From Amphiscolops sp. MND2022 (Eukaryota): a stretch of 64,000 nucleotides of DNA. The stretch spans positions 87,112,001 through 87,176,000 of the forward strand of contig OZ076409.1 in NCBI GenBank assembly GCA_964187785.1, written 5' to 3'. The notes under the pieces are model-generated. The model did not search any database. It had not been told where the DNA came from and worked only from the letters and a program-made list of their open reading frames with translations. Of this stretch, positions 25,610-39,386 are shown one piece after another (the stretch's first letter is position 1; every line of letters starts with the position of its first letter). Both the position numbers and the translations under genes were made by a program.

Positions 25610-26500
25610 TGGTGGCCATAGAGAGGCCTCCTCACTTTCTCACTTTCCTCACTTCAATTTCCGTTCCCACGCTTTTATTTCTGCTATATAATTCTCTCAT
25701 TTGGGAACCCCGTCCAGAATAAACAAAAGAGGCCGTACGAACAGTGTCTCCCATAGTTTGCTGGTTTTCGCACTGATTGCTGTTGGTGTGTTTCTACAAC
25801 TCCTGTGTGGGATTCCTCGCCATGAAGGTGCTCTCAAACGATTTCATCTACTTCACCATCTAGTGGAATTGTATCGTGACCCAGCCCCTCCTTGCTTACG
25901 ACACTTGGCACATAAACCAACCTTGACAATGGTCGCTGCTCAAGATGCTGCTGCATTACGATGACAACTCACGGTTTGGCAATGGAACGCAGAACACTTT
26001 TTTGTAGTGGTAGTGGTTTTGAACAAGATACAGTATCTGTTTCACCGAACCCTCAAGACTGCCAACGTAATCCCCCAATCGTGCATCCAATCCCGCAAAG
26101 GAACATTGGTCGTTAGGAAAGAAAAAAAACATTGAAAACAATTTTTGATATCCTTAAACTTTTATGCCCTTAATCAATCGAGATAGCAAACTCTCTGTTT
26201 TAAGAAAAATAACAAAAATTTGCAACTCTTGCAAACTTGATTGATCAAAATCGACAAAGATTGGCGCAAACTTTTCCTAATTTTTGTTTCAAATACAATT
26301 GTTGAACACTCCAGTGGTCTGATGATTTGTGAAGTGTTTACAAATAATTAACGATTCATGAAAGGAGTCCATGAAGTAAGAAAAGATTGTTGAAAGTGAA
26401 AAAAAAATCTCGAGTAGTTCAATTTGAGCAAAGTTTTATTTGAAAAAAACATCAGAATTTTTGTATCGCATTTCCTTGTTTCGACGTAAAAAAAACACGC

Positions 26501-27115
26501 ATGGTATTCATTTTGGCCGCTAGCTCTTTACACCATGCTTTTGAAACTTTAACCCTTGAAGAAAAACCTCGTTATAAAGATAAAATCTATACTATCCCCG
26601 GCCTGAGCTTGAACCCAAATACAAAAAATCCTCGAAAAATTGTTCAAAACTTGCTTGCGAAGGATCTCAAAGAGAAAAAAGACATAGTTATATGGCATGA
26701 CGTTTTGAACAACAGTATTTCACGTCATGATAGTAACAATTTTCAAGCTTTGACTGTGCCGCAATTGATTGATGAGCTAAAAGGCCTTCAAAACAAAATC
26801 AGTGCTCTGGTATATTGCCAACGTTTTCGAACGCCGTACATTTTTGATGCTTTGCATGTATTGAAAACCGATCAAAACATCGAAGTATTCAGTATCGTGA
26901 AAGACTTCATTTCGTCGAAAAAACAAAAGGATCCGGAACTTTTGAAACAATGCAAGGCTTTACACCAGAGTCCTGAGCTTGAATTGAAAAGCCTTGACTT
27001 CATTTTACGTAAAGAGAGTCAACTTTCGGCCATCACTGACAAAAGCCGTCCAAAGAGGCCTAGCAAGCGTGCCCGAAACGCTATCAAAAAGGCATCTTTG
27101 CAGCCCTCGCAGTAA
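26501..27115 (+). CDS. Accessory ORF (204 aa), SGNH/GDSL-hydrolase-like fold with basic C-terminal tail
   Basis: Intact ATG-to-stop ORF inside the element. Block I-like FILAASSL, block II TIPGL, block III IVIWHDVLNNSI, block V ALHQS; tail RPKRPSKRARNAIKK. Confidence 0.65.
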   Translation: MVFILAASSLHHAFETLTLEEKPRYKDKIYTIPGLSLNPNTKNPRKIVQNLLAKDLKEKKDIVIWHDVLNNSISRHDSNNFQALTVPQLIDELKGLQNKISALVYCQRFRTPYIFDALHVLKTDQNIEVFSIVKDFISSKKQKDPELLKQCKALHQSPELELKSLDFILRKESQLSAITDKSRPKRPSKRARNAIKKASLQPSQ

Positions 27116-27776
27116 AACCCCGTTTTCTCTCGACTGTGGAGACAGTGTCCAGACTTCACTGTCTGGTTGAAGTTTCCACAGGATGTTGCTCGTTTCCGAG
27201 TTGTGTCCAGACTTAGTTGTCTGGTTGATACTCTGTAAACTTATTCACCCCTTCCTCTCAATTTTATAACGGGGTCCAATTTTTATTGATTGGTCGAAAT
27301 TGCGGTAACAATATGACCTAAACTTTCCTCAAATACTAGGAACAAGTTTCTATTAAAATTCCGGGCCCACAATTATTTTTTCCGATAGTTACCATTAGCA
27401 AAAATTGCTTTTAGTGTATTAGCCTTTTTTGTTTAATTGATGATTTTATAATTCAGTTTTCGTCTGTCAATGTTAGAATAGTGTCCTGATTTGATTGTCC
27501 GGTTGAAATCCTGACAGTACACCCCCTTAACAGCATCTCAGAAAACGAACCTTTAAGTTTTTCGTCGTCGTCCTCGTAGTCGGTGACTACATTCTAATCC
27601 GAAACAAATAAAATCGTTTGTTTGTCGGACCCGTCCCGTTATTTGACACTTAATCTCTTTGTGCTGTGTCCAAACTTCACTGTTTGGTTGATGCTCAATG
27701 AGATTCGGTCAATTACGACACATTTGACAGATTAATCCGGTAATTTTCTCTAATTCGATCAATACTTGAACAGAAA

Positions 27777-30700
27777 ATGGCGAATCCGGTACAGGAAAAG
27801 TTCAAAAGTGCTTTGAGAGTCGTCTTAAAGCCGAAACCGAGCTGAAGAAGGTCCAAACTGATATTGTAGACGCTGTTGAACATTCAGAGCGCCGTGCTCG
27901 CGTAGTGCGACTAGTTGAGTCTTGCGAAGCAGCATTGACAAAGGCCTTCGCTAAAAATGAAAAACTTTTAGAGCTGACTAAGAAGTCCAATGATCCGACT
28001 ATGACAACTCTAGACCTGGAGAAATGGTTAAGTGATGTTACTGCGGAAAATGATGCAATCCTGAAGAAAGCAAGAGACTACATTGATCAATGCCCAGATC
28101 AGGACAAAATTTCCCAGAGCTCACGTCAGACAACTACGGTCAAGAGTAAGTCCATCAAAGGTACCAGCTCCAAAATATCAAAGACTTCTAGTCAGCGGCA
28201 ACGCGATCTCATAATCGCTCAACAACGACGTGAAGAGATTGAGAGACAGAATGAAGCCACCCTACGCTTGGCGAAGCAGAAACAACAACTCGAACTTGAA
28301 CAGCAAGAACTAGAATTGCAGAAATTGCGAAAAGAACAGGCTTTGAGGGTTGAAGAACTAGAAGAAGAAAATCGCCGGAAATTAGCCGAAGCCACCTTAG
28401 CCGAAATGGAACTTCGAGATGACTTGTCGGATTCTAATGCTGAATTTCATGAAAGTTTGTGGCGCTTGGGCGATTCAAGCGAAGGAAAGAGGACAGCGAG
28501 GATCAATGACTGGGTCAACAACTCCCCAAGCGGAGCCGAAACTGAGATGCAGCCCAGCGTTGGAGCTCAAGCCACAACAGCCCCAATTGACACCCTCGGA
28601 GTCCAACCAAGACCTCAAAGTCCCCCGAACGACGTTATCGCCCCAGCTCCGGTAACAGTTCAACCAAGAATACCGGAAGAGAATCCCACGACGACGACTC
28701 AAAGAGCAACTATCCACCACCAAGTTTTGCTGCCGCCACCACCACCTGTACTCTTTAACCCATCACTCACAGTGCCAGTGAGCCATGTGGTTCCGAACAT
28801 GTCTGCCTGGAAAATTCCAACTGCAATCAACAACTCTTCCACACAATCAAGCCCGCATTTACCGTCAAACCAAGTGATTCAAGTGACAACAACGAATGCA
28901 ATATCGAGTGGTGTTCCGGCTCAGCAAGTACCAGCCAAGCCTGTTACTTGTAGAGGAACGGTTTATTACGTACCGCCTCCAGTTGCAACACCAGCTGTTG
29001 GCGGTACTACGACTCAACCATCATCTTGGATTCCGAATGCGAGCGCCGCCCCATTCGTCCCACCTTCTCTTACCGCAGCACCACCTACGAGCTCTGCCAG
29101 TTTAACACTACCTGAAGTCGCACAACTACTAGCGTCAAGTAGAAAAGATCATCTACCCGAGTGGAAACTGTCACAGTACAGCGGAGATTCGCTTCAATGG
29201 CACGAGTGGTTCGGACAGTTCAAGAGCGCCATTGACTCTGCTCCTCTGTCAGATGACGTCAAGCTGACCTACCTCAAAACGTTGGTTGCCGGAAAGGCCA
29301 AAGTGGCCATAGCCGAGTTTGCCTACTGCGGAACTATGTACAAAGATGCACTCAAAACACTTGAGCGCAAATTTGGCCAACCCCAGGCAGTAGTGACTGC
29401 ATACTTGGATAAGCTCGCGAATGTCCCACCAGTGAAAATGCACAACAGCGAGAGCATCATAAGCTACTCCGCAACTGTCAGTTCGTTAGTTGGTGTATTC
29501 CGATCACTCAACTACAACCAGGACCTGTCAAGTGCATCACTACTCGGTCAAGCAGTTCATAAGCTCCCGCCTAACATGAAGGAGGCTTGGTCGATGCACA
29601 CCGTGAAGCGTAGTTTAGATCGACCAACACTAATTGACTTCAATGAGTGGTTGAAAGATAAAGCTGAGGCTCACGAAAGAATGAAAATTGCATCTGGCAA
29701 ACCAAAGTCGGACGAAAATCCCCAACCAAGTGTCAACAAAACCAAGACAACATCGAAAGTCTTTGCGGCAACGACCTCAACGAACCAACAAAGCAACAGT
29801 TCAAAACCGAAGTCCGACAAACTGCCAATCAATTGTGCAGCGTGTAAAGAGAAACATCCGCTGTGGAAATGTCCGCTGTTTCGCAAGAAAACTCCCACGG
29901 AAAGAGCAAAACTAGTTGCCGACAACAAACTTTGCTTCTCGTGTTTCAACGCCAATCATTCCTTCCGACAATGCCCGCAACCACGCAAATGTAGTAAAGA
30001 TGGCTGTGAAAGCACTCACAACACGTTTCTACACGGAGCCGACCGGATCTTCCCGAGCAAGAACCAAGTAACGAAGCCACGAAGTCCTGAAACTTCCACC
30101 TGCATCGGAACAGCGAAGTTAGGCGACTACGTCAAAGAAAGCTCGGGTTTGGCCTCCGTAACCAATGTTAAAGGGCTTCTTCAGATTACAGAAATTGAAT
30201 TGCATTCTGCTGATGAGTCGGAGAAAGTCTTAGCCCTCTGCGACTCAGCCTGTAGCCATACTTGGATTTCCGCACGCTTGGCTAAAAAACTAAAAGTCCA
30301 AGGGATCTATTGTTCATGGGATCAACTCCCAGCAACTTGTTGATACGCAAATGGTAGAACTCAAGTTGACACCGGTTCATTCGGGTGGCTCTTGTTCTCC
30401 CTTTACAATCAAGCCTTACGTGAGGGACAACCTCAGCGTAGGCACTGATACTATCGATGTGGACCGCATGAAAACCAAGTACCCTCACTTAGAACCAGTA
30501 CCTTTACACAAGTACAGCTATGCCGACGTTGACATGATCCTGGGTCAGGACGTTTCACTTTATCCGCCCGCTGGAGTATTTTGATTCCGACTGCAAAAAT
30601 GCTCCAGTTGCCGTCCGTCTTCCGTTGGGCTGGGTATTAAGTGGACCTCTTCCAGCGACTTCACGATTATTCTCAACGTGCTTCAAGGCTGTTACGAGTA

Positions 30701-33700
30701 ACGAAGACGCTGACTCCGAGCTCGTCGACCAAATCCGCAGCTGGTATGATATGGAATCATACGGAGCGATGAAACAAGTGGACTCCCGTTCCGCAGCCGA
30801 CGCGAGAGCGGAGAAGATCCTGGATGAAACGACTTACCACGATGGGACTCGGTATCAAGTGGGTATGCTATGGGCTGACCCTGAAAGTAGCTTGCCGAAC
30901 AACTACTTTTCGGCTCTTGTTCAGCTGAAATCTTTAGAACGCCGTCTAGGGAAAGACGTTGACTTGAGAGAACGATACTCAAAAAATATCCAAGACGACT
31001 TTTCGAAAGGTTATATAGTGCGCGTTGACAAGACTGACTGCTTCAAAGTGAGTAACCCCCGTGAGTGGTATCTCCCGCACCACCCGGTCATCCACCCGAA
31101 CAAACCAGGTAAAGTTCGACGAGTGTTGAATGGCGCGGCCAAGTTTCAAGGCTCCTCCTTGAACAATGCACTTTTAACGGGTCCAGATCTTCTACAAAGA
31201 CTCATTCATATCCTGATTCGATTTCGACAATACCCGTACGCTGTGTCTGCGGACATTGAAGGAATGTTTCTCCAAGTTGGGGTAATTCCAGACGACAGGC
31301 CGTCACTTCGTTTCTTGTGGCGCGAGGATCCAGCTGCCGAAGTTGCTGTGTTCCAGTACGTTCGCCATATCTTTGGTTCCAAAGACTCTCCCACCTGTGC
31401 AAACTATGCCCTGAGACGAACAGCAACTGACAATACATCTCAGTTCCCCGAAGCCGCCCAAAGTGTCATCAACAACTTCTACATGGATGACTACTTAGAA
31501 TCCAGCCCAACCATTGAAGAAGCTACCCGAAAAGCTAAAGATCTAGTGAAATTGCTTTCACTAGGTGGTTTCAAACTGACAAAGTTCGTCTCAAATGTGC
31601 GTACTATTCCGCCACAAGTAGAAACTGACCCCACAATACCAACTGAGACAAAAGAAATCCCGAGCACTGAAGAATCGTCACATGTGTTGGGATTAAAATG
31701 GAACCACAGTAGCGACACACTTGTAGTCAGTCGTGGTACGAACCCTGAAATCAAGGCGAAAGTAACTCAAAGAATCGTTTTGAGTTTAGTCTCTTCAGTG
31801 TACGATCCGATCGGACTTGTCGCGCCGTATACCGTCAAAGCGCGACTACTGCTAAAAGACATCTGGAGGTTAAGTGGACAACAATGGGATGACGACTTAC
31901 CGCCGGAGGTTGTATCCAAGTTCCTTGACTGGAGTGAAGAACTACCAGGTCTTAGCGACATAGTCATTCCACGAGCGTATTTCCAGGGAAAAGTCGAAAC
32001 TTTGGAACTTCACCTATTTGGCGATAGTTCACAAGATGTGTTCAGCGCTGTCGCTTTCCTACGTGCCAAGGTTGTCAAGAAAGAAAACCAAGAGCAAACA
32101 CAACTCGCCTTCGTATTTGGGAAAGCCAGAGTGGCACCCATGAAAGCCCTGACAATCCCAAAACTTGAACTACAGGCCTCGTTACTAGCAGCAAGGCTTC
32201 GGAAAGAAGTTGAGAAAGCATTGACACTGGAGATTAGCAAGACTTTCATGTGGTCCGACAGCACAACTGTCTTGCAGTGGATACATTCTCTGGACAAACA
32301 GCCAGTTTTCGTTGCGAACCGCGTGGCGGAGATTTTGGATCTTACCACGGCCGACGAGTGGAATTACGTTAAATCCAGTGAAAACCCCGCCGATGCAGGC
32401 ACGCGAGGCCTGTCAGCAAAAACATTGTTAGACAGCAGTTGGCTCAAAGGACCGGAGTTTCTGAAAACGTCCGACTGGCCATTCAAGCCACCAGAACCTG
32501 CAAAATTTAAACTGAAACCTGACATTAACGACAAGAGTACAGAAAAGCTTTCCCCCAAAGATGAGACTTCTCTCAGTTCCAATGCGGACATCAACACATC
32601 AACTTTCGAGTGGCAAAAGTATAGCTCTTTCGAGAAACTTTTGTGTATTGTCGCCTACCTGATGCGTCTCATACCAAAAAATGAGGCCTACCGCTCCGAG
32701 ACGGGTACCATCACGGACCCAAGTGAACTTGAGAATGCACAAACGAAGCTTTTCTATCTGGTGCAATTAGAATCATTCCCCATAGAAAAGAAGCTACTGC
32801 TGAAGAATTCCCCACTCAGTGGTACCTCTAAACTACTACAGTTCTCCCCTTTCATTGGACCCAAAGGTTTACTTCGAGCAACTGGCAGAACAAAACAACT
32901 TGACGTATCTAGTTTTGACGCGAAGCATCCCGTCTTACTGGACGGTCGCCATCCAGTTACACGTTTATTCCTGGAACAATTACACCAATCCCATTGTCAT
33001 CAAGGTGTGGACTACTTGAGGGCGTTGGTGCAGCAACAGTTCGCCATCGTCAAACTTAGAGCCACCTTGAGGTCAATAGTTCAGAGATGTGTAACTTGTC
33101 GCAAACGTCGAGCTGAGACTATCAGTCCGATGATGGCCGACCTTCCACGAGAAAGACTTGCCTTCAAGGAGCTTCCGTTTACCAACACTGGCGTAGACTA
33201 CTTTGGCCCATTCTACGTTTCCGTGAAAAGATCGACTGAGAAAAGATGGGGATTCCTATTTACTTGTTTGACTACACGAGCTGTACATTTCGAAGTTGTG
33301 CCCTCCATGGACACTAGCAGCTGCGTAATGGGAATCGAAAGGTTTACGGCCCGCCGGGGTATCCCATCAGTTTTATGGTCGGACAACGGAACCAACTTTA
33401 TAGCCAGTGAAAAGGAACTCCTACAGAACATTTCCAGTTGGAACCAACATGTCTTGTCTGAAACTCTCGTCAAGAAACGAATTCTCTGGAAGTTCAACCC
33501 ACCAAGTGCTCCTCACCATGGAGGAATCTGGGAGCGACTGGTCAGAAGTTTCAAACACGTTTTCTACGCTGTTCTTGGGAACAGACGCCTAACTGACGAG
33601 ATCTTGACAACAACGTTTTGCCTTGTTGAGCAAAGTCTGAATGCACGACCGTTAGTACCAGCTAGCCCTGATGCTACGGATTTGGACGCTCTGACTCCCA

Positions 33701-34074
33701 ACCACTTTTTGCTAGGAACTGCGGGTTCCGTTTTACCATCGCATCAGCGTGCTGAAGTTGACCATCGAAAACGTTACGTGCGTGCACAAGCATATTCCGA
33801 TGCTATATGGGACCGATGGCTGAAAGAATATGTTCCTTCAATTAATAGACGTTCGAAATGGTCCAGTCCGTCAGAGAGACAACTTAAGACCGGAGACCTA
33901 GTTTGGATCATCGAGCCAACGAGTCCCAGAGGTCATTACCCACTAGCCCGAGTTGTTAAGTTGAACTTCGGCAGTGATGCCGTTGCACGTTCCGCTGAAG
34001 TAAAAAACCAGTACCGGTTGTCTTGTTCGCCCCGTCGTGAAGTTATGCCCCGTCCTACCAGAACCCGATCCTGA
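27777..34074 (+). pseudogene. gag-pol: BEL/Pao gag-pol polyprotein; frameshifts near 27815, 30305, 30555 and the C-terminus
   Basis: Coiled coil; DUF1759-like FKSAID...KLTYLK; three Zn knuckles (CAAC..H..C, CFSC..H..C, CSKDGC..H..H); protease ALCDSAC; RT WYLPHH and YMDD; RNase H FGDSS; IN GVDYFGP, SDNGTNF, WERLV; DUF5641-like W.RWLKEY. Confidence 0.95.
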
Positions 34075-34225
34075 ATTCTTTTAGTTTCAATACCCGATTC
34101 CAAAAAAAAATAACATTTACCATGTACTCTGAATATCTATGTAAACCGTTTTTGCGAATTTGAAAGAAAAGGTTTTTGTTGTTCGTTTGAAACAAGAAAA
34201 TCTTCATATTCTCGGGCCCGGAGGA

Positions 34226-34474
34226 TGTTGTGTTCACAATATGGACAGATTAAAATTAATCAAAAATTACTTTTTCAAATATTATAACATTAAGTATTGC
34301 TATCTCGAAATCTGATGTCATAGATTGATTATGTAATCTTCATGAGTTTTATTGGGTTCTCTTTAAAAAGTTGCGGGATTCTTCAGATGACTCATTGTAC
34401 CCACATATGTTTTCTTCGAGTTTCATTCATATATCTTAACTCAAATACAAACTTTAGTTGTCTAAAGTTTTATA
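34226..34474 (+). repeat. 3' LTR of BEL/Pao element
   Basis: Direct repeat of 25361-25609. Confidence 0.95.
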
Positions 34475-37400
34475 ATACTTAAGCCCCTTTCTCACATAAC
34501 CTCTAGGTAGAAAAAGTGCTTTATCTTATTTATTGACACGTTACATTTGAAGTATATTACGTCTTATAAGGAAGAGGGTCTTTATTAGAATCAAACCTCT
34601 GTCGAGCATTTGCATTTTCTCTAATTAAACTATGTTCCTACAAACCTATGTGACGATTAACTTCGCTATATTAGGTTTTGCCACGTAGAATGCGACAAAG
34701 GCTGTTTCATTCAGCCACTTTGAAACCATTTTTGCATGAACTAGTTATCAGATCTGTTGATACGTTTTTATTTTCCGCCCATATTTCTATATGTGAAGAA
34801 AATTAACTCAGCCTCGTTTTCATTTTATATTCAACTTAAACCGATTCTTACACAGAATTCAAATGCACCAAATCTGATTTGTAGCATAAGTAAACAAATT
34901 TTTTGTGAGCAAAGAGTGCCTTCAGCAAATGCCTCAAATTTGCAGAAAACCTGAACATTTTCAAGTTTTTCCACTTAACCATTTTTAGGCAATTTTGTAC
35001 CTCTTTGAATATTTTAAAGAGTTAGAACACCTACCGAATTCAACAACAAAACCAACTATCCTGTACGCTTTCACGAAGAGCAATCCGATGTTTTTTAATC
35101 AAAGGATATGCCAGTGAAAACAAGTTCAATTGTTTGACCAACTAGTCACTTTCTACCGTTTCTAATGGTTTTTAGAAATCAAAATACCCACAAGATTCCA
35201 AGACAAACAGCTATCCAGAGCCCTTTTCAGACGGTGAACAAAACCTCTCCTTTTCTGTTATTACACGCGATTTTCGTCAAAGTTTCGAATGGTTTTGCAT
35301 ATATGATCTTTGACAGTTCAAATAGAAATGTTTAGCTACTTACCACAATTTGTCAGAAAAATCGAAAGTTTCAACTTGAAAAATGAAATTAATCAGGAAG
35401 ACGAATTTTTCTGATTGTTTCATGCGTTTTCCTACATGTTTCTGATGTTGCTTTGGGTATGGGCATCAAGACGTTTGAAAAACAATAATTGACATTTTTT
35501 ATTTTTGTTTTCTTGTTCACAGAAATAAAGAGTTTTCAATGAACAAATTGTTGGAATATCCAGTTTCGGAGTTAATGATGTGGTATGAAGAATAGACCGG
35601 TGTTGGTGCGGAATCAGTGGTCCTTCTTTTCAAATCACCACTGTCTGGTTTGGACAAAGTTCGTGAGAAAGCGGACTTGACGAATAAATTGGAAATTCAA
35701 AAGAGCAACTGCAACGAATCGGCGGCCCTTTTCGACTTTTCACGTATGCAAGTCGACAATCGCTTGACGACTTGGCTGCAAAAATGTTACACTTGCTTGC
35801 TATGGGGAGTTAGTATCCGGAAAAGCCACCGTTTTACAGAAGTGCTTATTGGACTTTCGCACCGCAGAAATTGGATTTAAAACCTTTTTTGCCTTTTGAA
35901 CTATCAACCGTTTCATGCAATTGATTTAGAACTTATGAGTTTCAGGGACATGAGTGTTTGCAAAGTTCAACAACAAACAATAAGCAAAGTAGCATACTCT
36001 TTTGAATAGAAACGATGTTTTAGGTAGCGTAATGTCACATAAAGTCGAACTTTTTGAATTTGCGATCATTCGTTGTAAAATTTGTTGTTTTTTCGACGTT
36101 TTTTGGGTATGAGTTTAAACTGTGTTCGGCATCAAATTACTTTTCTACTTGACATCTTCTTGTAGAGACATGATAGTTTTTTTCCAAAAAAATGAATTGA
36201 AAAGTCGATATTTTTAACTTCTATTTTTTGCACAAAATTGTAGTATATTGGGAACGCTCTAGACCTAATATGTCGTAGCTAAAATAATTTGGTACTGAAA
36301 GTTTCCCACTGCTTGGCGGGCGTCTTGTTTCAAATGAGGATATCCGTTACTTTTCTTCGGAAAACAATTGAGACTGGAAGTTGAACCGATTATGTCTCCA
36401 AAATTTTATAAAAATGACTTTTCTGCAGTTGAATAGATAGATATCAGTGAGTCCTCACATTCGATGTGTGCAACGGAAAAACCTTGCCTGGAAAAAAATG
36501 AGCGCCACTTATTTACGTGATTTTGTTTCATTATTGAGAAATTGTTCGGAAGAAGCCACCTAAATACTGTCAGACATTTTCCAAATATTTTTTCGTTCTA
36601 CATTAATGTGGAACCCAATGTTCAGCCCGTATTGAAACAATTGAATCAATTTTGAGCTCATTTTCAACTTCAATACATTCAGTATCTGCTGACGCTAACT
36701 TTTTCCCGCCTGTATCGAGTTAAGAAATTTTCGTTTGTCGGGAAGCAAAGGTTTAACATATTCCCAGTTTGCTGCCCCTAAGGAACAGTTGTTGCAACAT
36801 AAAAGTGTTTGAAATGATTTTCCTGTGACCATTCCCCTGCAACTCAGTTATACTCAAATGTTCAACACGATTCCCGACCATCATATGTTATTTGCTCATC
36901 TAAGCCCTTACTAACTTCGATGAATCGAAGAGAATACTCCAAAGAATTCAATAATAGAGTACTTAGGTTCGCATCATACGCATTTGTGAAATGAACATGG
37001 TATTTTTTTGAAGAAAAGTGACTGAAACTTAAGTTTTAGACGTACTACATTGAATTTCTATACAGATAATGATTATTTTCGCTGTGTTTGTTTGTTTCAA
37101 CGAATGGATCGTCCGGCATTATTATAAAACAAGACGCCCGCTGACCAGCATGATATTTTCCGTCCAAACGGTTCTAGCAATAACATATTTTTGAGACTCA
37201 AAAGTAGCCATTGCACTATGAAAACGCAGTTTGATGAGAAAAGGTTTGACACTTCTTGAGTAATGTCACCCCATTTCAGAAGGAAACACATCAAGAACAC
37301 ACCAAATACCTATGTTTTTTTGTCCGCTTGTGTGTATACCAAAACCTAACCAATCAATTTTTGAATAATTTTGCGCGAAGTCGCCACATTTGGAAAATTT

Positions 37401-38119
37401 TGTTTTTCGACAACTTTGCGGTAATTTGAGAAAGTTTTGCTAAAAAACTGTAGATGTCTTTTTAAAAACGCCTATTGGATGAGGGGTCAAGTTGTTCTTG
37501 AAATACAAAAGTGCTCGAAAGGTTTACCAAAAAGTATATCAATACTACATAATCAAAAAATGGATTTTTCACTTATTTTAAGTCGTTCTGAAGAACTTTT
37601 TACATTAAAAATTGTGTTCTTTTTTTAAACATTCTGCATGCCTATTCAAAAAAATTTTTGACAATTAGAATATTACGAAATTTTCTTAACTTGTATTTAA
37701 AATTCAATAATTTCTCAAACGACTTCCAAATTTTTTTTTCTATTGTTTTGGAGTGATTTTGAGGCTTTTTCTAAAGTGAAATTGCAATTGACTTTCATAA
37801 AACCTTCTGAATAACACATTTGTTCGCTGTTGAATGAAATGAGAAAGAAACGTTAAACTTTGATTTTTTTTTCATTTCCGACTCATAAAGGTCTTTTTTG
37901 AATTGATTTTGAAGCAAAATACTGCAAGTCTCTTCAAAATAGCATGCTGCATAGCTGGTTTGTTCGTTTCCGAGTGTTTTGAAGTTTCTTCGTCACAAAA
38001 ATTTTCAAAAATTGTACACAAACTGCAGTGAAAACGACAAACTGGAAAGATTTGGGTTTTGATATTTTGGGTTGAAATTCAGGCATATTATCTATGATAA
38101 TTTTATTCTATGATAAAAT

Positions 38120-38860
38120 GGAAATTTTTGGACTTTCCGACACTTTTTATGCCAAAGTAAAACACATTTTCATTAGAAACCGGCCCTTATCCCATCTAAA
38201 CTACTGGACAACGCATTAAGTTGTTGTTGAACAGTTTCGGAGTTCTAATCCATGAAAATTTTAAAAATTTTACAAAAATTGCTTTAGGAAATCAAAAATT
38301 GTAAACAAAAATGTTTTTTGACTTTTTTGAGGTCACTTGTCAGTTTTGTTTACAAAACTGCATTTATCTCCCTAAACTACTCTATTGGACAACGAATTCA
38401 TTCGTTGTTGAACAGTTTCAACGTTCTGATCCATGAAATTTCTTGAAAATTTGACAAAATTCGCATAAAAACATGAAAAATTGGTACATTTTGGAGTTTG
38501 TCATTTTTGGTCGCAATTTGAGCTTTTTTCATTAGAAAACTGCGTTTATTTCCTCATTTCCTAACAAAAACCTCCCGGACAATGAATTCTCTCCTTTAAT
38601 ATTTTTTCTTTTAATATTCTATGCCACCAAGTCTTTCGAAAAATAGACAAAAATTGCATAAAAACTTCAAAATCTGATTATTTTGGAATTTTGGTCAATT
38701 TCGGTCTGCGTTTGAGGCATTTTTTAAAACAAATTGCTTTTGTCTTTTCGAAGAAGCCTCCCGGACAACTACCTTTTTCCTTGTTGAACGTCCTAAAATT
38801 CTAAGCTACCACGTCTTTAGAAAAATAGACAAAAATTGCATTAAATTTTTGAAAATCTGA
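38120..38860. repeat. Degenerate tandem repeat, about 185 bp unit, 4 copies
   Basis: GGACAA core with downstream TTGAAC / ACAAAAATTGC motifs near 38206, 38387, 38577 and 38763. Confidence 0.6.
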
Positions 38861-39386
38861 AGTTGCTGATCGGATGAAACCTTGTGTTGAAGGAAGAAGA
38901 ATCAATTGCAGAAAACATTAGATCGTTTTTTATTCGAGAACCAATATTCTGACTGCACTTAAGTTTCTTCTTTACAGTCGGTTGAAAGTCGTTAGTTCGA
39001 AATCTGTTGAAATAATAGAGCGCTCAAATTTTATAACACGTGCAGCTAAATCGACATTAGGTGAAAAAACGTCAAGGTCCTGCTAAGGAACCTGAGGGAA
39101 GGGAAAGTTGCCCCTGTTTCAAATATTACGGGATATACACTAGGTTTTCAAGATTGAGATCCTGCAAAAGTTATTCGGGATTCTTCATAAGTTCTGTCTA
39201 AAACTCTACTTCAATACCTCAATTGGTTTTTAAATCAAAGAAAGAAAGCTAAATTTCCAAAGTCTTTATGCAAATTTGTTTCATGGTCGGTGGTTATCTT
39301 CTTTTCTGTAGGCCCGATTCAAGTCGATCACCTCAAACTTTGCACAGTTCTAGTCGTTTTCCTCACGACATTGTTTCTTTCTGAAT

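Larger units (their letters stand above)
25361..34474 (+). mobile_element. Full-length BEL/Pao LTR retrotransposon, recent insertion
   Basis: 249-bp LTRs with one mismatch seen; 5-bp TSD ATACT (25356-60 and 34475-79); PBS TGGTGGCC at 25610; purine tract before 34226; Pao-type polyprotein. Confidence 0.96.

Noticed and set aside
27146..27691. CRISPR-like array or hammerhead ribozyme
   Set aside because: Irregular spacing, eukaryotic retroelement context, no cas genes, and no CUGANGA/GAAA core.
35600..37300. Degraded transposase or gene in the AT-rich intergenic region
   Set aside because: Coding-like patches but no recognisable motif or sustained frame.
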